From: Octopus vulgaris
Lineage: Eukaryota
Length of the DNA stretch: 64,000 nt
Reading direction: 5' to 3'
Assembly (NCBI GenBank): GCA_951406725.2
Contig: OX597816.1
Span: 165,726,001-165,790,000 of the forward strand
Below the pieces are notes generated by a model. It was not told the DNA's origin, did not search any database, and saw nothing but the letters and a program-made list of their open reading frames with translations. Shown one piece after another: positions 1 to 13,540 of this stretch; position 1 is the stretch's first letter; each line of letters begins with the position of its first letter. The translations under genes were made by a program, and so were the position numbers.

Positions 1-442
1 GGGTCGATAAAACAAGTACCCATTGAACACTGAGATTGATTTAATCGGCTCATCCCCTTCTCCAACATTGCTGCCCTTGTAGCAAAATTTGAAACATTAT
101 TATTATTGTATATTTTTTCCAGAGTGTTTCATGTTAAAGACGGCATTTCTCTTAACTTCCATTTCCCCTTACATTCGTACCCGCCTTCCTCACACACACT
201 CAATACGGTTATGCCTACACACCTATCTCCCACACCACACTATCACTTCCACTACACACCTACACTTGCCATTTCTACATACCTATATTATACCCACCAA
301 AACACCTCCCTCTCGAATAACTATACGGCTATACGGCGTACCCACAATCATCCCCCTTTTCTCTTCCTAACTCCCCCTCATAGAACTATATTCCCACCTG
401 GCCCCTAACAACTTCCATATCCCTCCCACATATTCCTTTTTG

Positions 443-585
443 CATATATATATATATATATATATACATACATACATATATACATACATACATACATACA
501 TACATACATACATACATACATACATACATGTATGTAAGTATGTATGTATGTATGTATGTATGTATGTATGTATGTATGTATGTGT
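443..585. repeat. (TA)n, then (TACA)n switching to (TGTA)n (inverted microsatellite)
   Basis: Read directly; strand switch at ~529 (catacatgtatg). Confidence 0.95.
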
Positions 586-728
586 ACAGGAGATGTACGT
601 TCACGTCCTACGGGTAGCCTTCGATTTATTCCATCCAAATGATTTGTAACCCTATTACACGCACTTACAGTTTTATTTGCTTCGCGATTCACCGTTCCTA
701 AAAAGGAGAATCCCACGTTCTCGATTTG

Positions 729-729
<1 letters not shown>

Positions 730-810
<81 letters not shown>

Positions 811-870
811 CTTTATATATATATATATGTGTGTGTACACACACACACACACACTTATATATATATTCGA
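730..870. repeat. Compound (TCTA)n/(TA)n/(CA)n microsatellite
   Basis: Read directly. Confidence 0.95.
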
Positions 871-937
871 AATGTAACTACATGTGAATCGTTGGCGGTT
901 TTCTTCCCCCGTCTTCTTTTTTATTGGACTTTCCCCT

Positions 938-972
938 GTTTCCGAAGAAGATCTCTGTTCGAAACGTAAAAC
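938..972 (+). ncRNA. Minimal type-I hammerhead-like motif (U4C core) in a short Penelope-like terminal-repeat module (~880-1080)
   Basis: GTTT-CCGAAGA-A-gatc tct gttc-GAAAC-GTA-AAAC: stem I GTTT/AAAC, palindromic ACGT stem III, GUA site; stem II has a mismatch. Confidence 0.6.
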
Positions 973-1347
973 CACTTTTCTTTCCTTCCATGAGCGTCTG
1001 CTAAATACTTTACATGTACTACATCCCCGCGTTGTTGTTTTTTTGTGTGTGTTTGTTCTTTATTTTTGGTGGGGGGTGATTTACTACATATATATAACAC
1101 ATACATAGAAACACACACACGCACACGTACATACACTTATATGTATGCACGTATTATGAAGAACAACAGCTGCTTTCAAATAATGACCTGGTTTGATATC
1201 ACAGATTTTGTACAACAAGAAGGATGACTGCCAATCTTTGACGTCAAGGTGCAGGTGTACCGTTTGCTTTGTTCTATTTTACCCTTCCCAATTAAAAGAT
1301 CTCGTACAGGAGTAAGGACGGGTGTTCTTGACTAGCGTTTCATAATG

Positions 1348-1867
1348 ACGGTCCTCAACCTTTTTGGTGGGCACTATAGACCGGTTTCATGCAAGACATT
1401 TTTTTCCACGGACCAGAGGATCATGCCCATAAAAACTACAACAAAACGTATTATACATAATTTAATTATTATATATAAAAAGAAATAATAAAGTAAACGC
1501 GCCCTTTTAAAACCTAGCCAAACTCATGGGCCCGGTTTCCCGGTTTCAATGGCGTATGTATTCCCCAGCTGGACGGGACGCCAGTCCATCGCAGCGTTAC
1601 TCATTTTTGCCTGCTGAGTGGACTAGAGCAACGTGAAATGAAGTGTTTTGCTCAAGAACACAACGCGTCACCCGGTCCAGGAATCGATACCACAATCTTA
1701 GGAGTATGATGCTGACAACCTAACCACTAAGCCACGCGTCTCCACAATTATTATATATATAATATATATATTGCAAAACACCCTGTAGAGTGAGATATAG
1801 AGTTTTAACATCTATTATTTCTCTGCGACCCAGTACTGGTCTACGAACCGATGGCTGGGGACTCCTG
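1348..1867. mobile_element. Degenerate hAT/Charlie-like MITE interrupted by a SINE
   Basis: Ends gacggtcctcaacc... and ...ggctggggactcctg resemble CAGGGGTCCCCAACC TIRs. Confidence 0.45.
1503..1746 (-). mobile_element. tRNA-derived SINE with V-domain-like core
   Basis: Minus strand: A box TGGCTTAGTGG, B-box-like GTATCGATTCC, core CTGCGATGGACTGGCGTCCCGTCCAG. Confidence 0.75.
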
Positions 1868-2118
1868 TTTTATGAGACGATAAGGTATGAGATGAAAGGG
1901 ATTTAGCTGCTATTTCTAGATGTTTTAATCACGTTGAGACTTAGTGTTTTATCAAAGAACTATACGCGAAACTTTTGTCACACAGCTTGTTTCTTTTCTG
2001 TTAATATCATTTTACGTTCAACTAAGTTCAAGTGCTCTTATAAATTGTAGGTGTGTAGGTGTGTGGCCTTGTACGTGCATGGCTGTGTACGCGTGTGAGT
2101 ATTTGTGTGTGTGTATGA

Positions 2119-2152
<34 letters not shown>

Positions 2153-2480
2153 AGCTATAAATAGAGTAAGAGGTGGTATGTGTTAGCTGTTAGCTGATAA
2201 TGTTGAAGTTGACTAACTTCAATATCGACTGCCGCTTACTTAGTATTGTTTTAGAAGGTGGTAGTGACGTTGGTGGTGTGTATAGATGAGTTGATGTGTA
2301 AACAAGGGCGGTGGGTTTACACACAAACACAAACACTCGCTCATACACACACACATATCTGTCTCTCTCTATATATATATAAATGAGTTGTCAGTCGTCC
2401 GTTAAGTTAGAAACTAAATCTCACTTGATGTAATAAAGCAAGTTTATTTTTATAACGTAAAACAATATATTACTAGTTAT

Positions 2481-2589
2481 TACGTCATATAACTGATCAA
2501 GATGTTACCGTCGGTTTCGTATTGAATATTGTTTAGCAGTAATATTCAACGCGAAACTAACGGTAACATTTGAACAGTTATAAGACGTA
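2481..2589. repeat. Imperfect ~50-bp-arm hairpin
   Basis: tacgtcatataactg...gttaccg..gtttcg..ttgaatatt / aatattcaa..cgaaac..cggtaac...cagttataagacgta. Confidence 0.85.
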
Positions 2590-2690
2590 GTCAGTACTAT
2601 GCTGTTTGACGACTTTCTCTGTCTCTTTCTCTGTCTGTCTCTCTCTCTCCCTCACACACACGCACATACATACACATATTTACGAGTGTG

Positions 2691-2740
<50 letters not shown>

Positions 2741-2828
2741 AACACAAATAGGCTGACGTTTACTACAGCTGTTTCAGACGTGTTTTTTTTATTGATGAAC
2801 AAATCAATTACATCATGAGAAAGTCCGT

Positions 2829-2948
<120 letters not shown>

Positions 2949-3708
2949 ATGTAAGCACGTATGTATGTATATATATACATATATATATATCTAGATAGAT
3001 ATATATAGATATAGATATATATATATGCAAACATATGTGTATGTGTTTATGTATAAACACACGTGCGCGCGCATACACATATGTTCTCCTCTTTTTTGTT
3101 TATGTCCAAGTATCCCCTCCAGTGGATATAAGATAGGCCAATTGTTGTGCTAATGGCGCTTATTGAAGTTGAAACATGTTCGCGGCTGTTTTATTGTCCC
3201 CAGACAATCTGACTGCCATTTCCCCGCTAAATTTGGAGAATATTTGAGTCCTGAGATTAGATTCCTTGCTCATTTAAAATTGGTTCCAGTTCCATTAAGT
3301 GCTTGTTCCACCATCTCTTGAAGTGGAGATTATTTCAATAAATCACGAATTCATCTTTTATGATATTGTATGTCAAATACATTCTGAAACCTACTTTTGT
3401 ATTTTGCCATGTGTACATGTATGTATGTATGTATGTATGTATGTATGTATGTATGTCATTGTTCAGTTTTATTTCAAGATTTCTTGCCAATAGAAAAAGA
3501 ACCGGTTTCTAACATAGATCCAAGGCTTTTTCATTGAAATTTCAACATCAACAACAGGATATTTTTGCATGAATGTATGTATGTATGTATGTATGTATGT
3601 ATGTATGTATGTATGTATGTATTACGTATATATGTATGTGTGCAGATTTGTATGTTTTGTTTTATCTACGTATTCTCATGCATATAGTAGCATATCAAGA
3701 CATGCTCA

Positions 3709-4083
3709 TCTCTCTATATATAAACGGCAGTTTGTCTGTGCGTGTTTCTGTGTGTCTGTTTTTTTGTACCCTCATCCTGACCACGGCTTTCAACCGATTC
3801 TGATGAAACTTGACACACACATAGCCCAATGTCATAATTCAAAACTAACGCAGCGAAAATTTTGAAAAGTTCCCCCAGTTCTGAAAAAAATCGATAAATT
3901 CGACATGGGGGTCGAGAATCAGAAACACAAACCACAGACTGTCTAGGGGACGCAACTCGACCTTTTTTAACTCTCAAAAAAATTTACCATAATTTTTTTT
4001 TCCATTTTTTGGCTATAACTCTCTAAAAATGCTTTATAGTTATTTCCCTTACAAACCCGAGCAACGCCGGGCGATACTGCTAG
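3709..4083 (+). mobile_element. Non-autonomous Helitron-like element
   Basis: 5' TC after A; 3' hairpin CCCGagcaacgcCGGG then CTAG followed by T; 3' ~90 bp shared with 21843-22234. Confidence 0.8.
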
Positions 4084-4089
4084 TATATA

Positions 4090-4315
4090 TTTAAATGATA
4101 AACGTCTGGAAAGTTTAACAGATTTTTCCAGTTCCTGTGATGGATTAGATGTGTAGTCTTCGAATTAGCTTTTCCTTTTCTGATTTTGTGAAGCCTAATT
4201 TCTCAAGATTGGTATTTAGGCAGCGTGTTTCATATCCCAGGGCTCCAATAATTACAGATATAAACCTGAACTTGTAATCTGGATAGAGTAACTGCATATT
4301 TCTCAATAGTTCAGC
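4090..4315 (-). mobile_element. 3' fragment of a REL-endonuclease non-LTR retrotransposon
   Basis: AELLRNMQLLYPDYKFRFISVIIGALGY... typical REL C-terminus; abuts (TACA)n. Confidence 0.7.
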
Positions 4316-5914
4316 ATGTATGTATGTATGTATGTATGTATGTATGTATGTATGTATGTATGTATGTATGTATGTATGTATGTATGTGTGTGTGTGTGTG
4401 AACGTATGTGTATGTATGTATGGGTGAACGGCTGGATTCATGTATATGCAAGTAAATATGCATATATCTATAGATGCGTACATACGTATAAACATACATG
4501 CATACATATCTGTGAGTGCGCGCGCGTGTGTGTGTATGTGTGTGCATGTGTGTGTGTGTGTGTGTGCAACTGTGTGCAGATGTTTGATTGGTGTAAAAGC
4601 AAAAACGATTTTATTATTTCAAGCATTTTATTATTATTTCAAAACGATTTTATTATTGGTGCAAAAGCAAAAATGATTTTATTATTTCAAACTTTGATAC
4701 TTATTTTGGAATAAACTTTTATTTAACTATTTTCAAGTAAGATACCATTTTGAAGCCTGTATTTTCCTCTATTGATTTAAGCCAAATATTCTGATGTACA
4801 CAAGTTTAAATCAATGTTTATTTCAGGCTCTCGAATTCATGATGGAAAAGGAGCAAGTTCTAAAGGGAAACACCAGAAACCTCGCGTAACATCAACCAAT
4901 CTTTTGACCAGGAGACCATCAACGCACATTTAGGTTCAAGAATTTCATGGTAGAGTTGAAAGCTTTGACAAAGAGGAATGTACCAGATGACCTTCCAAAA
5001 ATGACAATAACCGGTGGAAGGCCGATTTTGAATCAAACCCGCGTATAAATGCTAAAGAATTTACGAGAGAATTTAGGTAGGCACGGCAACCTTCTGGAGA
5101 AGCGGGCCGCATGAGACATTGCTCATCATCAAGCCGGCCCTACTACTAAAAATTTCAAGGTAATTTTTCATTGGTATGACATTCAGAAAGTCCCGCGGAC
5201 CGCAGTTTGCCAATGACTGAACTAAACCTTGATATTATATGGTTGTTCGATATTTGTATTATAATGGAAAATCATAAAAGCTCAATAAATGTGATATAGT
5301 AGTTGAGCTAATATAAATTTATAAATAAATATATGGAAACTCGTTTATAAAATCTGGTCTTTCTTTCTTGTAACAAAAGTGATTCATTGCTTGAATGGAT
5401 TTGCATGTGATAAATTAATGGATTGAAGCGAGGCCTTTATTCGAAACCATGTAGGTTTAGTAACTAGGATCAAGCTACATCAAATCAGGCGAATGCTCTG
5501 AATACTAACCAATCATATTGCAGCAATATCACCCCATATAATCGAAAGTTCCTGATGTTTTTGAGTAAATGGGGCTCACAAAAAAAGAAGTGCGGACATA
5601 CACACCAGAGGTGTAGACATACACACCAAAGGCACACATTACTGAGTGACGCCGACAACAAATCTGTAAGAAGACAGGTTTCTTGGTCGCTGTTCGACGC
5701 TTCGTTAAAGGAATCGTCGACTTTGAAGAACTGAGTATTTTCCTGCCTCCACATGATGCCATTCTATTCTATAATTAATTCAAATATGAACTCCATTTAC
5801 CACTAGCAAACCGTAAAACAGCCATGATAAACATCTGTATAATTATGCAAATATTCTGATGTACACAAGTTTAAATCAATGTTTATAAAGCATCGTTCGG
5901 AGTTTATAGTTATA

Positions 5915-6065
5915 TAGGATCGCAAGTTTCAAATTCCGCCGAGGTCGACTTTGCCTTCCGTCCTTTCAGGGTCTATAAATTAAATACCAGTTGTGTACTA
6001 GGGTTGATCTAATCGACCAGCCCCCTCCCCCAAAATTTAGGGCCTTGTGCCTAGAGTAGAACAAA
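5915..6065 (+). mobile_element. Meta-type SINE fragment (family C)
   Basis: ttcaaattccgccgaggtcgactttgcctt...gtgcctagagtaga. Confidence 0.85.
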
Positions 6066-6129
6066 AATAGGATAGTAAGTAGCCTAAACGTTGCACCAGT
6101 TAATCGAGACCCATTCGGCCAGCTCGACA

Positions 6130-6510
6130 GGTCAGGTCAGGTTAGGTCAGGTATGGGAGCATGCGTCATTGCAGCGCGTTGTTGCATTCTCCATTTGTTG
6201 GTTTAGTCCAGGGTCCTCCTATGCGACCTATTGAGTAGAGTCCCAGTCAATCCCCATCTCTGCAAGCTACCTCTTCCTTTGCTGTGACAATGTGGAATGT
6301 GGTCAACTAACACAAACCGTCAACTCAGCCGGATCATCAGTGAAGAGAATACGGTAAGGAAGGTAACATTCGGGAGATCGAGGAACATGACCAAACAGTC
6401 TGAACTGACGATCCCGAATCATACAAATAACAGAACGCATCCCAGTTTCTGAGTAGCATCGTTGATTGGATATGATATCCGACCAATGATAACCCATAAT
6501 CCTGCGAAGC
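6130..6510 (-). mobile_element. Decayed RTE-like LINE 3' fragment
   Basis: LRRIMGYHWSDIISNQ...IRDRQFRLFGHV, like the post-RT region of RTE/CR1 LINEs. Confidence 0.65.
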
Positions 6511-6924
6511 ATCCCGCTACAAAAGGGTGGTTCGACTGTATTGCATATAATCCACCCAGTAGTATCCACAGTATTCTCCTTTATATAGCAAGTGAGTTTC
6601 CAAAATGCTGGACCACAATAAATCCACGCTCAACTTTCGACACAAATAAATATAACTGTAGTGATAAGCAAGATTATAATTTTCAAAACGTAAAAAAAAA
6701 AGAACCTACATTTAAACCTGTATGAAAAAAAAAGCCGTATGTAATAGTTACTGATTTTAGCCACAAGTTCAGCAATATTTGAGAAGAGGAGGTATGTCGT
6801 TTGACATGTAGTTTAGGCTTACTTTATACGAATATTTATTCATTTACTGTTTAAATTTGAGAGGTAAGAAATAAATCGTTTTTACAGTGGGACTCGAAGT
6901 GGATAAAGTTATAAATAATTCTTT

Positions 6925-7130
6925 CTACTATAGGCAAAAGGCCTGAAATTATGAGGGAGGAGGTTAGTCAATTACATCGACCCCCAGTACTCAATCGGTG
7001 CTAATTTTATCGAACTTGAAAGGATAAAAGTTAAAGACGATCTCGGTAGCTTTTGAATTCAGGACGTAAAGACGGACAAAATGCTGCTAAGAACTTTGTC
7101 CGGCCTGCTTATGGTTCTGTTAGTTCACCG
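6925..7130 (-). mobile_element. Diverged Meta-type SINE (family C)
   Basis: Reverse complement of the family consensus. Confidence 0.75.
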
Positions 7131-7599
7131 CCTAAAAATAATGCTATAAATAATAGCATGTAGAATATTGGGTTAAGAAAAACCTTTGGATAGAAAAAAA
7201 AATGTTGTTTTCCAGTGGGAAAAGCTGCTTGTGAGATAGGCTGCCTATGAAACAAATGTTTACAAAAAAATGAAAGTAACTTGCCCGGAAATGGGAACAT
7301 TGATATCCCATAATTTGAGGGCAAAATTTTAAACAGAGCTGGTGAAATCCCTTAATTTGCTGCGCCCTCAAGCATCTATTTGTATTGTATCTTCTACTGA
7401 TATCTTAAGTGTTTCAGAGATATCAGCTAAGATACCAACGGTCCAACGTGCTATACCCAGTAATGAGCAACAACTGAGGAGACAATTCGAAGGCTTCTAT
7501 GTCGATGTATGATAACAAACACAGCTACATATGAATAATTCACAACTACTTAGCTGCACAGAAAGACCTGACAGAAGACGGTGGCGTTGTGCCTGTCAA

Positions 7600-8357
7600 T
7601 CTATATCTATAAAACAGTTATTGGACGAAAATTGTATGCGCATTTTGCTTTGACGGTTAATGACGGCCAAACCGAGGCTAGAATCGAGCTGAAAATTGGC
7701 AGGGATACTAAATGCGTAGTGAGGATGAGACCCGCGATGGTTAAAATTCGCTAGCTATAAAAATGTGGTTGCTATGGCAAAAAGAGTGATTGTTTATCGA
7801 TTCAAGGGAACTTTTCGAAATATGATGAAATATATTGTTATCGCAACAATAAAATGCTTAATACTTAATCTACATCTATAAAACAGTCCTTGGACGAAAA
7901 TTGTATGCACATTTTGCTTTGACGGTTAATAGCGGCCAAACCGAAGCTAGGATCTAGCTGAAAATTGGCAGGGATACTAAATGCGTGGTGAGGATTAGAC
8001 CTGTGATGGTTAAAATTCGCAAGCTATAAAGATGTGGTTGCTATGACAAAAAGAGTGATTTTTTATCGATTCAAGGGGGCCCAGAGCCCCTCTAGGTTTG
8101 TGAGAGTGGCTTTTAATGCAGGTCCAATACAATAGCCCTCAGAAACAGACTACGTACAAATTCTTTCTTCACAACTCCTGAAGCTGTTTTCTGACAGCGG
8201 GGTGGGGAGAAATTTTCATACAGCTGGACGCTCTCCAATCGAAACAGGGGACCCGAAATGATAAGGTTGAGAAACGCTGTTATAGATTATGCCTAACCGG
8301 AAACGATCACACCCACATCATCCAAACAGACCGGGTGAAACCGGGCTTAACTGCTAG
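7600..8357 (+). mobile_element. Non-autonomous Helitron-like element with internal ~270-bp tandem duplication of its 5' end
   Basis: A|TCTATATCTATAAAACAG start repeated at ~7869; 3' hairpin CCGGgtgaaaCCGG then CTAG|T. Confidence 0.75.
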
Positions 8358-8749
8358 TTCACAATAATTTGTTTATATGATATTGTTGGATTTTGCGCTC
8401 GCCATTTCCTGCCAATTAATTTTAATATTTTTAAAACCCCTAAACTGCATATAAGCAGTACCATCGGTACCATCAACTCCAGAATTGTACTTTATTTTGC
8501 CGATCCCGAAATTGGCCTCGGTGAACTTTGAACATTGTCACTAATTTAGGCACAAGGCTGGCGATTGTGTAGGATGTGGTGCTTATGGTGGGAGTAAGGT
8601 TAGTTGATGCCATCAACTCTAGAACTGGACAGTCACATTATTTCAGGAAATCCCGAATGGATGAAAGGCAAGGTTGACTTGAAAGGAAGTTGAGTACAAA
8701 ACGCAAAATTCCGGAATAATTACAGAAATGTCTTTTCTTTTTTTCCCCA

Positions 8750-9100
8750 GTTCTTTTCCAATCAGCGTATGACGTGTTTGCTGAAGTTCGTAAGGCTTCA
8801 TCAAGGTAGAATTAGATAAATAACGTCGCACGAAGCAGCGTTGAATAAGATATATTCATGTGAAGTCATATTTAATACGTTTTAATGTATTCGGACAAGA
8901 ATATATTCGTTCTTATCAGGCTGTGATTGACAAATTTACCGTTTCTAGTTGACGAAGTTAAAGAACGCAGAAACGAATGCGTCCTACAATCCGTTGATAT
9001 CATTCGCAGCCGTTTCTGTGTTTTAAATATTCTAGAAAAAGTTTTGTCTCCCAACAGTATTTCCACAGCGGAAGACCTTCTCATGTTCGAATACACTTGA
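8750..9100 (-). pseudogene. Possible Tc1/mariner-like transposase N-terminal relic
   Basis: MRRYLSNSTLMKPYELQQTRHTL resembles the 'VRRIL..L..KPYK.Q..H.L' motif; highly decayed. Confidence 0.35.
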
Positions 9101-9665
9101 ACATATTAGATATCAGATTACACACACATATGTATCAATACATGTATGTGTATGTATGTATATATCTATGTATGCACATGTGCATGCATGCATGCAAGTA
9201 CGTACATTGCATAGTTTGGTAAGTGCTCGGATATGAAAATCTAGCTATTCAAATCCCCAACAAATGTTCTTTATCAATGAAAGTACACTACCTATGATTT
9301 TATATAGTGAGTTCTATTTCTCGCGTATGTATGACTTGAGTGTTTGTGCTTGTGTGTATGTGTGTGCGAGCGCGTACGTGCGTATACTTCACAATGTACG
9401 AACGGCTGTTCGTGTTAAGTTCATGTCCACAAAACTTTAAGTAACATGAGGAGCTAAGCCAATCTGCTCCTCAACGAATCCAACTACAACTCTGTATGTT
9501 GAATGCCGCTTGCGTTCGTTTTTCACTAACTCAAGTATCGGGGTAATAACCTGATAACGTACATTTCAAAGTTCTTATACGGTTATCGGCTACCATATGC
9601 TATCACACATCAGAACTACTTCTTTAACTGGATATACATGTGGAAATCAGTGCTCTCAAAACCAT

Positions 9666-9795
9666 TCACCTGATGACGTGCGGGGACACAGTTAGTGCTT
9701 GATCATATTTCATTATATAATATTTATATAATAGTATGATATGGAAAATTCAGCAACTAATACCCATTACGAATGCACAGAAACAATTGTTGTGA
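9666..9795 (+). ncRNA. Type-I hammerhead ribozyme motif with ~100-nt extended stem II
   Basis: TCAC-CTGATGA-c-GTGC...GCAC-a-GAAAC-AATT-GT-T-GTGA; nested internal pairing in the insert. Confidence 0.75.
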
Positions 9796-10791
9796 TTTGT
9801 GATTAAAGCCTGTTCATTCTATCTTCTTATTGTATACATTTGCGCGCGCGTATGTGTGTATGAGAGCGCGTGTAAGTTAAACAATTTATATACAGTTTCT
9901 GCAGCAGAAAACAGACAACTTTACTAAAAAGACTCCGATGGCGAACACATTATTTGATAAAGAAAATAAAAAACAGAAATTTCAACACTAAAATTGGATT
10001 AAATTCTACGCATGTCCGCCCACCTACTAATATATTGCCACAACTGTTCGAAGAAAAATTCTTTTTATCAATTAAAAATATAAAATTCCGAAAAAACCAA
10101 AACACTGATTAATAGCTCTCAGACGAAGTTGAACAACAGATAAACGCAAAATAGTTAAATTGGAAAGCACTGTAATCAAGTTTTCACCCATTTTATCACG
10201 ACAAACAATTTATATTAAATCGACCACACCGCATATCATCGAGATATTTCTAACGCTATCACTAAGAAAAGTAGAAAAAAAAACCCAAAACAATAACAAC
10301 ATAAATTAAATCAACACATAAGAACTGAAAATTATAATGAAATAATAATGTTTTATATATATGACTGATATAAGAAAAAATCTTTTTCACAACAGACGCC
10401 TTACTTTACTTTCAAAAACCACAAAACAAATTTACGACGAAAACCGTCGATCTCATTCTAAAACTGATATGGTTAATAGTAAAATCTGATGTCGACAGTA
10501 TTAGTAAAATATGATTGATAAATAATTACAATAAATAAACTAGTAGCACCATTACCTCTTGGGAATAACAAGACAAATGCTTTAAAAGAATGCGTCAAAC
10601 ACATTTCTAATTAAAATAAATATAAATTCACTCAATTTGATAGCGAAAAATTTATACTTAACAGGAAAATCTTACTTATGACTGCACTGAATATCGCAAG
10701 ATCTTTTTAATAACAACAATAAAAAACAAAATTGACATTTTAATATTGGTCAGATAAAGGATTTCGATCTATCCGTGTGCATTATGGATTG

Positions 10792-11447
10792 CAGTAATCC
10801 CTCGCCATATTACGGTTCATCTATCGCGGTTCACCGGTCGCGGTTTATTATTTAAGCTTACGTCGATTCCACGATGGTGGTGTTTTGCATTTATAATAAA
10901 ATAAACACTTAGAAATTATAAAAATAATAAAATAAAATATACAGTACATAGGCGCAGGAGTGGCTGTTTGGTAAGTAGCTTGCTAACCAACCACATGGTT
11001 CCGGGTTCAGTCCCACTGCGTGGCATCTTGGGCAAGTGTCTTCTGCTATAGCCCCGGGCCGACCAATGCCTTGTGAGTGGATTTGGTAGACGGAAACTGA
11101 AAGAAGCCTGTCGTATATTTATATATATATATAAGTGTGTGTGAATATGTTTGTGTGTCTGTGTTTGTTCCCCTAGCATTGCTTGACAACCGATGCTGGT
11201 GTGTTTACGTCCCCGTCACTTAGCGGTTCGGCAAAAGAGACCGATAGAATAAGTACTGGGCTTACAAAGAATAAGTCCCGGGGTCGATTTGCTCGACTAA
11301 AGGCGGTGCTCCAGCATGGCCGCAGTCAAATGACTGAAACAAGTAAAAAGAGTAAAAAGAGTAAAGAGTACTGTTTCTAGTTCGCGGATTTTCACCTATC
11401 GCGAGGTGTTTTGGAACGTAATACATGCGATAGTCGAGGGATTACTG
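10792..11447. mobile_element. Tigger/pogo-like MITE with 13-bp TIRs, split by a SINE
   Basis: CAGTAATCCCTCG ... CGAGGGATTACTG. Confidence 0.75.
10950..11369 (+). mobile_element. Full-length tRNA-derived SINE (family A, CORE-like)
   Basis: GGCGCAGGAGTGGCTG..TGG A box, GGTTCAGTCCC B box, CTTGGGCAAGTGTCTT core, internal microsatellite, (AAAAGAGTA)n-like tail. Confidence 0.9.
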
Positions 11448-11724
11448 GTGTAAAATTACTAAGAACGACTTAGTTAGTATGGGCGGATATGATTTCGCCG
11501 AGACAAGTTATTTGGCAAAATTATTCATATCATCAACTACAAAGATCTCTGCAAGCTGAAAAGAAATCTGTATTGAGATTCTGGCCATTAATCATGAACA
11601 TGATTAATTCCCAACAAATGATAGAGGTGAAAAGAATTTGCATAATTCTTTTCAGTCAACATGGCTTAATATAACTCGTGACCAACGTTGCAACATTACT
11701 GTCTTGAATTTGTGAAGGCGTGCG

Positions 11725-12342
11725 GGCAGCGAGCTGGCAGAAACTTTAAGCATGCCGAGTGAAATGCTTAGCAGTATTTCGTCTGTCTTTACGATCTGAG
11801 TTCAAATTCCACCGAGGTCTACTTTGCCTTTCTTCCTTTCGGGGTCGATAAATTAAGTACCAGTTACGCACTGGGGTCGATGTAATCGACTTAATACCTA
11901 TGTCTGTCCTTGTTTGTCCCCTCTGTGTTTAGCCCCCTTGTGGGTATTAAAGATATAGGTATTTCGTCTGTCTTTACGATCTGAGTTCAAATTCTACCGA
12001 GGTCGACTTTGCTTTACATCCTTTCGGGGTCGATAAATTAAGTACCAGTTACGCACTGCGGTCGATGTAATCGACTTGATCCGTTTGTCTGTGCTTGTTT
12101 GTCCGCTCTATGTTTAGCCCCTTATGGACAATAAAGAAATAAGAAACGTTAGCACGCCGGGCGAAATGCTTTGCAGTATTTCGTCTGTCCTTACTATCTG
12201 AGTTCAAATTGCACCGAGGTCGAATTCGCCTTTCATCCTTTCGGGGTCGATAAATTAAGTACCAGTTGCATACTGGAGTCGATATAATCGACTGGCCCCC
12301 TCCCCAACAATTTTGGGCCTTGTGCCTAGAGTAGAAAAGAAA
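11725..12342 (+). mobile_element. Tandem cluster of three Meta-type SINE units (family C)
   Basis: Three copies of gagttcaaatt..cgaggtc..cctttcggggtcgataaattaagtaccagtt. Confidence 0.9.
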
Positions 12343-12860
12343 AGAATTTGTGAAGGCGTGTAGGCAAGCGGTTAGGGTGTTCAATTCATGATCGTCTGGA
12401 CGTGAGTTCGATTCCTTGTAGCGCGTTGCGCTTTTGAGCAAGGCACTTTATTCTGAGAGCTATATCAAGGATACACGTGTCTGTAGAGTGCTCAGCCACA
12501 TGCACTTTAATTTCAAGAACAAGCTGCTCCGTTGATCGGATCAACTGAAACACATGCCGTCGTAACCGATGGGATGCCAGTTATTGTCTTGAACTTCCTA
12601 GATGTCAACCTTAGTTTAAATAATATCCTTTTGAGTTAAATTTGGTAGACGGAAAGCATGTAAAAACCTATCGGATGGATTGTACCTGCAGCTCAATGGT
12701 TCAATTTTACCACACCATTAGAAGTCCAATTATCAGTGAGATATTCAGCCACTTACACGCGAATTCAAAGAACAGGAAGTTCAGTTGGTCAAATAAATGT
12801 ATCATCAGCGGAGAACCATTGACTGTTAACTTTATAATAACATATACAGACTTGTGTGTA

Positions 12861-13238
12861 GAGGAGCAATGGCCCAGTGGTCAGGGTATCGGACTCGCGG
12901 TCGTAGGGTCGTGGTTTCGATTCTCAGACCGTGCATTGTGAGTGTTTATTGAGCGAAAACACCTAAAGCTCCACGAGGCACCGGGAGGGGTGGTGGCGAA
13001 TCCTGCTGTACTCTTTCACCACAACTTTCTCTCACTCTTTCTTCCTGTTTCAGTTGTACCTGTATTTTAAAGGGCCAGCCTTGTTACACTCTATGTCACG
13101 CTGAATCTCCTTGAGAACTACATTAAGGGCACACGTGTCTCTGGAGTGCTCAGCCAATTGCACGTTAATTTCCCGAGCAGGCTGTTCCGTTGATCGGATC
13201 AACTGGAAGCCTCGTCGTCGCAACAGACGGAGTGCCAC
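12861..13238 (+). mobile_element. tRNA-derived SINE (family B)
   Basis: TGGCCCAGTGG A box, GTTTCGATTC B box; matches 15323-15699 and 57606-57980. Confidence 0.9.
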
Positions 13239-13540
13239 ATATACAGATATGTGTAAACGAAGTATGGCCAAATGGTTAATATGTTCGCTTTGCAACCAAA
13301 AGATCCCGAGGTCAATCTCACAGTATGGCATCTTTGACAAGTGTCATTTTCTATAGCCTCGGCCTTTTCTATATCTTGCAACTGAAATTAAATAGAAATT
13401 AAGAGTATATTTGTAATTCAAAAGTCAATTTTCTCTACACCGTGCCATGCTGAGTCTAAATAGGAATTAATTTAGTAAGAAAAAAAGTTAGTTGATCGAA
13501 CAACTGAATCTTCATCGATGGACGGAAATCCATCTATAGA

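Noticed and set aside
12861-12940. tRNA genes at SINE heads (also ~15630-15699, ~57606-57680)
   Set aside because: A/B boxes run straight into SINE bodies; no clean acceptor stem
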